The notes under the pieces are model-generated. The model had not been told where the DNA came from and ran no database searches. It saw nothing but the letters and a program-made list of their open reading frames with translations. Source: Octopus vulgaris (Eukaryota). From it: a stretch of 64,000 nt of DNA. Of this stretch, positions 53,109 to 64,000 are shown in pieces. Position numbers and translations under genes: made by a program. Where the stretch lies: positions 5,766,001 through 5,830,000 of the forward strand of contig OX597826.1 in NCBI GenBank assembly GCA_951406725.2. The letters run 5' to 3'. Each line of letters starts with the position of its first letter. Position 1 is the stretch's first letter.

Positions 53109-56100
53109 CATACATACATACATACATATATGGCTATTAATTTCCCTTTATTTCGGATGAGCATATGAAAACCTGTTTGAGAATTATATTTATGGACTTC
53201 GGGTTTCAGCAATAGAACGCTTTAAGATTTCAAGATTAGGAAGCAGTAATGTAATATATAAACCTATTCTTCATTTAATGACTGATTTTATTCTTAACTT
53301 GGTAGAACATTCTATTATGTACAATGTATTAACTGGGATTTTTTAATCTGTTAATGAGTGTAGTACCGATTATAATTTACAGAGCCTACCAGGTTTGTGG
53401 GAGAAAAAAGGTACTTGTGACCCAATGGTCAATGTTATATATATATATATATATATATAAATGTGTGTCGAGTTATAGAATCCAAGCATTCAAAATGTCA
53501 ACGAAATATCTAACTACTTCTACGTTGTCATTCCACCGAACTAAATTCAAAACCCCTATTTACGTAGCATGGCTATCAATATATTTTCCGTTTAAGTACC
53601 ATTAATTGAAATTCAACCATCATAATGATGGAAGTTTAGATGCTGATCTCCTCCATCCCCCGTAAATATGTGACTGGCTTAGATAAGTTGGCTTCAATGA
53701 TATTTGGTGAATGCATTATGATTTAGCTTGTGGTCAGTTTTAACCAGGTTCATTGGTGTCGAGGTTACTCTGATTCGCATGGCCAAGATCCTCCTCCAAT
53801 CATTATTTTCCCTGATATATAACAATCCCTTTCTAAGAAATGCACAATTGATTCTTTAACAAATTACACTTAATGAACTCGAGCGGAACTATCACCCGAC
53901 TGGGAGATAGTTTGAGTGAACGATAATATTAATGGTAAACTAAGCAAATTAATCACCCGTTAACTGCGTTACACCTTACCTGGAGCTGAACAAAAGATAA
54001 TTGATTGGTTTAGATGTTTGCAGGAAAGATTGTTGTTATAGGACTGTTTGCCTTCTGATAATCAAAAAACGAAACCAAATCATGCGTTTCCTGTAATAAC
54101 GCAAACATATTTATAAAAAGTATATCAACCGAATATGAATTAAGTGACTAAAAATTGCAGTTGAACAGCAAAATCGTGACACTTTTAAATTTGGAATTTT
54201 ATGAAAATTACCGCGAGGAAAATGTAAATATTAAGCAATTTAATATTCTTGTTCATATGCAGATGTATAATTGAGGGTATATAGATTATATGAAACCAGA
54301 GTATCAACCTTTGAAAGTATTTGAACCTGGAATATCATGCTCTAAATAGCAAGCTAGTAATAATATTCTGTGCACTAGTGTTTCACCATTGTAGCTGACG
54401 TAAGAATAGACGGGATGTGACTTACAGTTATCTTGTTATGCTAAATAAATGAATAGAAATAAAGAAAAAAGAAATATATCAAGAGAAAAATATACACGGA
54501 AAAATAAAGCAAGATTTATTCGATAATATTGACAAATTTCAAAATAATGCTATAGTTTGGCAGTATAAAGACTTTGAAGGGAGAAATCAATAATCACAAA
54601 AGACATCTGCCGTGCCGCCTCTTGCTGTTGGGCGATTATTCGTTGTAGCCTGCGCTTACTTTCTTAAACAACATCCATACAAGTGACATGACGATATTTA
54701 AGCAAGATGGATGCCAGCTGCTATCAACCTAACACTGTCTTTCACAGTATTCGCTTGAAAAATATATTTTGCTTTGACTTTTTTCAATCTCTTTCTTCCT
54801 ATTTCGATACCTAACAAGGGAGCTACTGATTAATCGTGAATTATGAGGGCTTAGTAAAGAAACGGTTAAAAATCACTTCGCAACGCCATATTGCTTTTTC
54901 GACTTGATGAATGGAGTACTGCCTTAAGTTAATCTTTGAAAAGTTTTTGTGTTTGTTTTTACTGCTTATTATTTTTATTTCTTTATCTTTTCTACTGGTT
55001 TCTTGATTTCTTTTTCTTCTTGTTTATGTTACTTTATTTGTCAAGAATAGATTACTTCGTTCTCAAGCTCAACAAGAATGGATCAGTATATTGGAAGAGA
55101 AATCTGTTTAGAAAGAAAAAACGAGATTCGCGTAAGCAAAATGGAATAACTAATGAACTTGGCAAAATATCTCTAGCAAGCCCATTTACAACAACTTTAA
55201 CTCATTAATCGTCAAAAAAATTATGTATGCATGCGTGTGGTTATTTCTCCGTGTGTGTTTGATGGGGAATGCGATTGAATTTAAGCGTCTCCTTTGCTGT
55301 GTTTATGTATGTGAACGTGTGTGCATATGTGTGTATTGGTAAAATAATATTTTAAGCTTATGCTCTCCCTCCAGTCATATGGCTATATTCTCTTTAGTGT
55401 ACACAACAGTCAAATGTTTTATGTCATAGCTTATGAATTCAAATTCTTATATACGCCGAACAAAAGCTAATATAAATTGCGAAAATATTAAAAACTAATA
55501 AAAAATTGGAAAGCAAAAGTAATATCCAACAGCTACGTCATAAAACTATTAAAATATTCCAAGAAGTGAAAATAATATTTCAAAACGTATATCACGTAAT
55601 ATCTTGTGGTTAAATTAAAACAACAACAACTACAACAACAATACTACATCAACATAATAGGGAATGTTTATTTACCATTAATTTCACTTATAAAGAAAAA
55701 ACTAACAAAATTATCAATTATAGTTTTGTTATATAATCTTTTAAATTATTTTTATAACGTCTCATATTTCCCGGAAGTCAATTGTAGAATTTCAGTTAAT
55801 TATTTAAAAAATGATTCAACTGCGCAAGTAACACAACAATAATAGCAATAACAGAAATAATCACCACAACAGCACAACCACCAGCACGATCACCAACGCC
55901 GGTACCAGCACCAACTTCGCCACAACTATCATCTACAACGTAAAACGAAAATGAAAAGAATATAATGGTTGGAGCAGAAGAAATTAAGTATTTTGGTGTG
56001 GGTAATTTTTATAATATTTAATATATATTATTATAGTGAAGTTGGAGAAAGATATATTTTCTCTTCTCCATCAAGTCAGATATTCAGAAGTGGTTCTTCT

Positions 56101-56182
56101 AGAATAGAAATATAACTATATAACTATGGGAAAGATAAGGTGAGAGAATGATAGAAAACGTGGTGACTGCGTGTGTGCAAGA

Positions 56183-56227
<45 letters not shown>

Positions 56228-56390
56228 TGTGAGTGTGTACGTGTACCTGTAAAAGTCTGTTTGTGGTTGCGTATAAATGAATACATATGCCGTATATACA
56301 TGGATCTGTATGTCTGTACGTATATATATTATATATTTATATACATTCATACACACACACACATACATATATTTATTTATATATATATAT

Positions 56391-56466
<76 letters not shown>

Positions 56467-56771
56467 GATTTATACATTTATGGCAAACAGTGAAGGAATG
56501 CATTCAAATCCTCAGAGATTTTTGGGGCCTGAAATATGACGATTACATCATTACGATTAAGAGTTCTCTACTGCAATTTGCATACACTCCTACTGCACTG
56601 ACCAACGAGATCAGTATAGCATAAGAGCTACAAACAGATATATAGATTGATGAATAGATAGATAGAGAGATTAATGTATATGGATATATGTATACATACA
56701 TATAAGTGTGCGAGTATGTGTTTGTATGTACATGTGTATATATATATGTCTGTGTGTGTATATATGGTTGC

Positions 56772-57148
56772 AATTTACATAAAAACAAAAGACGAAGACA
56801 GGTGTATGAACAACAAGCAGGTGTATTAATTCGACGCTCGGGAAAGGGAGAAAGTCTTTTACGTTTCGATCCTACGTTCTTCAACAGAAAGGAATATGAG
56901 GAAACACAAAGAGAGAGAGAGAAGAATGACTTGTAAATTTAGCGATTAATATGCATTTCTTTTCCAGTCCTTTCATCATATTAAACCGTTAAACCTTACA
57001 TATTTTTCTATCTCCGTTTTTTTTGGTTTGCAATCGTTTCTGCGCAGAGCGTAGGCTCGAAACATCGAAGACATTTCCATTCTTCCTAATTAGTACACTT
57101 GCTTGTTGTTGCCTCTCCTGACTTCGTTTTTGTTTTCGGTAAATTTGA
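56772..57148. mobile_element. Family C element as a head-to-head inverted dimer between microsatellites
   Basis: Left arm (minus) motif 56856-56891 CTTT-CTGTTGAA-GAACgtagGATC-GAAA-CGT-A-AAAG; right arm (plus) motif 57036-57070; termini aatttacataaaaacaaaagacgaag / cttcgtttttgttttcggtaaatt. Confidence 0.8.
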
Positions 57149-57159
57149 AATGTATATTT

Positions 57160-57195
<36 letters not shown>

Positions 57196-57419
57196 ACACA
57201 TTGCTTAGAATAATAATGACACGTTTGCAGATATCATGTGATCAACACCAGTAAGTCGGAGATTTAATTCACCAAGAACATGACCAAATAAAATACACAA
57301 CAGCCACTCTATGTTTACGTTGCTGATAATCGTATCTCTATACAAATAACAAAAGAAGCCTCTATAGGTTCATTTAACTAGCTACAAATAGTAACTTTAT
57401 CTATTCCAAAATCAAATTA

Positions 57420-58460
57420 TTTTTCCGGGATCGATAAAATCATGTCGCTGTCAATTAATGTGATGGATGGTTTCGACAAACACCCTTTCCCTCAAAATTG
57501 CCGGTCTTGTGCTTAAATTAGTTACCTATATTAGATGCCAAAAGGCGATGATCTGGCAAAATATTCAGAGCATCAGGAAACATAATGTACGGTAATTTTT
57601 CATCAGTTGTTATTTAACGAGTTCAAATCATCCAGGACAGACTTTGTATGTCATCTTTGAGAAAATAAAGTACTATTCAAGTACGTAGAATGTATATTCT
57701 ACCAATTCCTTCCTCCTCAAAGTTTGTTTGCCTTCTACACTTAATATTTGCGCCTATCAGGCGTAAATAGCTTGGTTTGTGGAATGAAAAAAACGCTAGA
57801 TCATCAGGCAAAATACATTGTGTATTTCTACGGCTCTACTCTTTGACTTGATATTTCAGTGAGTTCATGTCTGTCTGTCTCCTTTTGGGGTTTATAAAAT
57901 AGAACACTGAAAAGCACCGAGACCAGTGTTATCGAGTAACCCATCCTTCTGAAAATTACTGGTTTTGTGCCTTATTAAATATCTGTTTTTTTCTATTACC
58001 CACAAGGGGCTAAACATAGAGGGGAGAAACAAGGATAGACAAACCGATTAAGTCGATTACATCGACCCCAGTGCGTAACTGGTACTTAATTTATCGACCC
58101 CGAAAGGATGAAAGGCAAAGTCGACCTCGGCGAAATTTGAACTCAGATCGTAACGGCAGACGACATACGGCTACGCATTTCGCCCGGCGTGCTAACGATT
58201 CTACCAGCTTGCCGCCTTGTGCCTTATTAAATATCATGTTCGATAAAAGCGATGGAATGCCAGAATCTTGTGAAAGTTGAATAAAGTCATTGTTATATTT
58301 CTTTCAGTTCTTTAACACCCGAGTTCAAATCCCAGCAAGATGAATTTTCGTGGCCGTTCAAATTTTCGAGTTCGATAGCTCAATATATAAGTTAAGTACC
58401 GAGGGTTATATTATCGACTAATCCCTCCCATGAAAATTGCCGGCTTCGAAATTAGACATT
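57420..58460 (+). repeat. Head-to-tail cluster of about four ancient SINE-A-related copies
   Basis: Recurring decayed tail motif ...ccc(t)caaaattgccgg(t)cttgtg at ~57490, ~57715, ~57950, ~58430, with gagttcaaat at ~57619 and 58321. Confidence 0.55.
57984..58216 (-). mobile_element. SINE family A, full length, nested in an older SINE tail
   Basis: Perfect 19-bp TSD TTGTGCCTTATTAAATATC (57965-57983, 58217-58235). Confidence 0.96.
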
Positions 58461-58831
58461 AAATAAAAACAACAGCAACAACGAAATTACTATTTCGAAC
58501 AAATGTATACGCACTAAGCATATTACTCAAAAAACATTAATCCATTACATTACCTGCAATTAGTTTACGTGGTTCAGACTCAAAAATAACATTTCTAATT
58601 ATACCTCTTTATCTTATAACGAATGTAAAACAGAAACTCTATAAACTACAGTTTTGTTGCTGTCACGCTATGTTATGCCGGGTCTAATTTTGTTGATGTT
58701 ATCATAATTGTGATCATTCATTAAACTAAATAATGTTATTGGAGACTTAATTAGTCGTCTTTTCTTTTACATAATAGATATAAATATGTTAAATGTTCGG
58801 TGTTTAAATTTTTGACACACCTTTATAGACT

Positions 58832-59058
58832 GACTGTGAGCCAAAACTCACGCCCCAAATCATTTGCCATTTTATTTGCATTACACTATCATTATTATTA
58901 TTATTATTATTATTATTCATTTTGATCATCATGTACAACTACGTGTATATTCAACAGTGTTTTATTTAGTTTGTTCAATTATAGAAACATTGCAGCATGC
59001 CTTTGACAATTTCGGAGCATGTTGAAAATATTTTTTGCGTGAGTTTTGGCCCACCCTG
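58832..59058. mobile_element. Tc1/mariner-type MITE
   Basis: TIRs gtgagccaaaactcacgc (58836-58853) / gcgtgagttttggcccaccctg (59037-59058) followed by TA; non-coding interior. Confidence 0.75.
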
Positions 59059-59936
59059 TATATAACTACATTATCCAGTAAACTCTTCGTTTTGAAACAC
59101 AACACAAAGTGCATAGAATGATATTGGGCTTCGGGTCCTTGTTCGTCGATTGACAGCATAGAACCACGTTTGCAGTAATGTTTAGGAATTACATTTAGCC
59201 AATTTACAGCAGAACAATTTCAGCCAAGACAATACGATATTTCCTTAAGTTTTAATACAAAGTTTGTATTTATCTGAAGAATTACTCTATACCAAAGGCA
59301 GTGGAATTTCAATTTCAGAAATTCTGACTGTTCTTTCTAGCAGATATATGAACCAATTACGAACCCATCATATCAGATGGTATTCACGCTTGTATTTCAT
59401 TCGAATGTATTTTATTTCCAATTAACACTTGTGATTTACTTACAAGTTAATGTAATTTACATTTCGATATTGACACTTGCAAATTCAAAATGTTTATTTT
59501 CTTTCTACGATATATAGAGTCGACGAAATCATTTGAACGCGTTTTAACAAACTAATACGATTATCAATTGAATATCAGTTAAGTCAGTTCATATCTACCA
59601 AACTTATGTACCCATATGCATACGCAAGAACTCACTGACATGGGAAAGCACACTGCACATAAACACGCACGCATGCACTAACGACATTCCTTAAAACCTG
59701 TCTAAATCCGTGAGTGTTTCTACATATATGCATAGAGGTTATATCGCTGTCTCTCTCAATATGTATGTGTGACTTTATTCGCGTCCATATATACATACAT
59801 ATTTATATAAATATATACTTACATGTATAGTTATATGTGTATGTTTATCCACATATAAATATATACAAACGTGTGTAATTATATGTGTTTATCCATGTAT
59901 ATATTCATACATAAATACGTACGTATATATCTATAC

Positions 59937-59982
<46 letters not shown>

Positions 59983-60362
59983 TTATTTATTTATGTATGT
60001 ATATATATATATCAATATATATATGTATTTATATATGTATATATATACATACACATACGGTATATATATACACATATGTAACATACGGTATACATATAAA
60101 TATATATGTATGTCTACATATGTAAACATACATATATATATATACATATGTGTATATATATATATATATACTTAATTATACATATATGTAAGTATGAGTA
60201 TATTCACACCCATATATAAGATTACATACAATATTATTAAACTAACACGAACGACAAATTACACACCAACTCTTCACTTTTTATTGTTTCTTTTTCAATT
60301 TTTTTAAAGAAATATCAAAATTATAGCAGATATCAAAATACGAGCACATTCATATAAATACA

Positions 60363-60423
<61 letters not shown>

Positions 60424-60743
60424 GCAAAGAAGCAGAGTAAAATGACGTATACTAAAACAGCTGTACCTCCTATGCTTTCAAACAAACAGTGCCACTGAAA
60501 TTCGTTTGGAAATGAAATAAATTTGCGTAAAGAAAGTTTAATATGGAATATATATCGGAAAAATATTTTTCCATTTAATTTTCAATTTTAATGTCGTTTT
60601 GATGTTCTTTCCATCTTATTTGTACGTGTATGTGAGTTTGTGTACATAGATACTATGCATCACACGCGCGGAGACTCACACAAACAAGCACACACACAAA
60701 CAAACGTGTATGTATATACATACATGCATACAAACATACATAC

Positions 60744-60797
<54 letters not shown>

Positions 60798-61105
60798 TAT
60801 CTATATATATATAAACATAGAAACAGTTACAAACGCAGTCAGAACCTGCATAAATACATATACATTTATATGAATGTTTATATGTATGTATGTATACGCA
60901 CACATATGTGGACACATACATACATATTCATGTATGTTCATATATGTTATACATATATATATATTTATACATACATATATGTATATACATAAACATATAT
61001 ATATATATGTATAATATATATATATACTATATATATCATATTTATTTATATGCATATATATATGTATATATATATGTGTGTGTATATATATATATATATA
61101 TATGC

Positions 61106-61165
<60 letters not shown>

Positions 61166-61905
61166 TCATACATATATTCGTAGTTACATACTTGCACACT
61201 TGTTCCGATATTCCTATGCATACAGCGAAGGCAAGTGGGCATGTTTACGTGATTACGTATATCATTCGATGTAAGATTTCGTTTCATATGTTTATCGCTG
61301 TACGTTTGCATGTAGATATATGCGAAAGATCTTGTAAATACTTGCAGCATTTCAAAATCCAATGAAAATCTTATTGATATTAAAGCAACGAAAAAAGGAA
61401 ATATTAATCTTGTTTTATATTGAAATAAATTGATACGTTACATTTTTCGCTCTCTTTGAGATCTTTTCCCTTATTAATTTTTCGTTTGATATAAATTAAA
61501 TTATTTAAAAACTGTAAAGACATATCTATGTCAATGCATTTAGGAAAATATAATTATTTCCTCTGCGAAGTATACATCTATATTTGAATAAAATCGTTTA
61601 TGTACATGCTTGTAGAGAAACGAACATAATGCATTTTCAATACTTTAAAGCATATAAATTTATATATTTCAACATTGACTTGAAAATGAGATCAGTTCAT
61701 AAGAATGTGTTGGTGATAAGGGGATATCTTGTGTACATGCGCCTTCTATAGATGTTAGCAAAATACTATATGCTGATATCAGTATGCTTAAATGTTCATA
61801 AATAAACACACAATGATGCGTATAATGGCAGAAACACGGGGATGTCGACTCGATATATTTTCTCACAAATACTCAAAATCACACACAGGCAGATATATTG
61901 TAGTC

Positions 61906-62014
<109 letters not shown>

Positions 62015-62524
62015 TCTTTATATATATATATATATCAACAGTGAGAGAGAGCACTATACGCAAATGATGACAGTGATGCACAGAAACTATTAATATATCA
62101 TGATATAGCATTTCACTTCACCGGGCTCATTTCCTTCTTCAATATAAATGTTTAATACTCTGAAAATAAATATATACCAATGAGTACAACATACATACGC
62201 AATAATACTCACGTATTGATATTAATACAATTATATATTGATTCAAGCATTTGTAGATATACATAGATATGCATGTTCGTGTCAATAAAATGCGTGTAAA
62301 TAAAGTATTATTTTATTTTTACAATATTTATGAAATATATATTAGGATACACTTATTGAAATATCTAAATATATATGCATATGCATATACAAACATTTAT
62401 CCAGTCATATATGCATCCGTGCTGATATGCTTATATTCATGCATACAAATGTACATACATACAGAAATATGTGTACGAGTTCATACATGCGAACATATGA
62501 AGCTTGCTTTCTTCTTCTTTCTCT

Positions 62525-62784
62525 GTGTATATATATATATATATGTTTATATATATATGTATATATATATATATACATATATAATATATATATACGTATA
62601 TATATATAAGTATATATATATATCTATATATACATATATATATATATATACATATATATACATATATATGTATGTATGCATATATATATATATAAATATA
62701 TATACATATATATGTATATATACATATATAGATACATATATATATAATATATATATGTATGTATATATATATATAAATATATAT

Positions 62785-62822
<38 letters not shown>

Positions 62823-63088
62823 TATACATATATATATGTATGTATATATATATATATAAATATATATACATATATATGTATATATACATATATACATACA
62901 TATATATATAATATATATATGTATGTATATATATATATATAAATATATATATACATATACATATATATATATATATATATACATATATATACATATATAT
63001 ATGTATGTATGTATATATATATATAAATATATATACATATATATGTATATATACATATCTCCATACATATATATATAATATATATATG

Positions 63089-63124
<36 letters not shown>

Positions 63125-63130
63125 TATATA

Positions 63131-63185
<55 letters not shown>

Positions 63186-63199
63186 AAATATTTATATAG

Positions 63200-63234
<35 letters not shown>

Positions 63235-63376
63235 AATATATATATAGATGCGTATATATAGATATATGTATATATAGATACATACATATATATACATATA
63301 TATATATATATATGTAAATATAGATACATATATATAGATACATATAAAAATATATATATAGATACATATATATCTA

Positions 63377-63438
<62 letters not shown>

Positions 63439-63470
63439 ATATATATATTTATATATAAATGCGTATATAC
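62525..63470. repeat. ~1-kb (TA)n mosaic with ~165-bp higher-order periodicity
   Basis: The interruption pattern tataaatatatatacatatatatgtatatatacata...tataatatatatatgtatg recurs at ~62691, ~62855 and ~63022. Confidence 0.85.
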
Positions 63471-63881
63471 ACACAGAAATACTCCTATATTCACATATTT
63501 ATACGAGTGAATATATCCTGTAAATATCTAATCAACAAAAGCGTGCATGCGTTTCACAGCAATGCAATTATAGAGCTTTGCAAATGATATTTAAATATGT
63601 TATCATTATGAGATTTGTGTAATCACTTGGAAAGTATATTATGTAATAACAGTACTAATTGCTTTATATCGATTTGCTAGTTTCTTGTATATAGTCACAC
63701 AGACGCACATACACACACTTATGTGCGAGCTCGCACGCATTCAATTTAAAGAAACATACACAATGAAAATTTAATATAAACTTGATTATTCGATCCTTTT
63801 CGTTTTTCTTTTCAATTTGTAGAAAAGTCAAGTTCGAAGGAGAAAGGATCTGCGCCTTCGGTTCAGTCGCTATGTTATTTA

Positions 63882-63923
<42 letters not shown>

Positions 63924-64000
63924 GGGGGGGTGAGCGTGTGTGATCCCATATATATGTATGTATGTACATACATGTACATATATCTATATATATATATATA

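Overview
64 kb of AT-rich, microsatellite-saturated eukaryotic non-coding DNA. The SINE families resemble those I know from Octopus genomes, so the taxon call is inference. No host protein-coding exon can be supported; most ORF-track entries are translations of (TA)n/(TG)n/(TATC)n/(GAT)n tracts. The window holds decayed transposons: mariner relics, a maT-type and a rosa/DD41D relic, a MITE, non-autonomous Helitrons, L1/Tx1, CR1-like and R4/Dong-like LINE fragments, and three tRNA-derived SINE families (labelled A, B, D). The most interesting signal is several unrelated short element families that end at microsatellites, often sit as head-to-head fold-back dimers, and carry a minimal type I hammerhead-ribozyme-like architecture with non-canonical 8-nt cores (probably Penelope-like-element derived). 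Also notable: a fixed tail-to-anticodon-loop junction in tandem SINE multimers and a ~400-bp-arm inverted duplication. All alignments were done by eye; coordinates of decayed elements are approximate.
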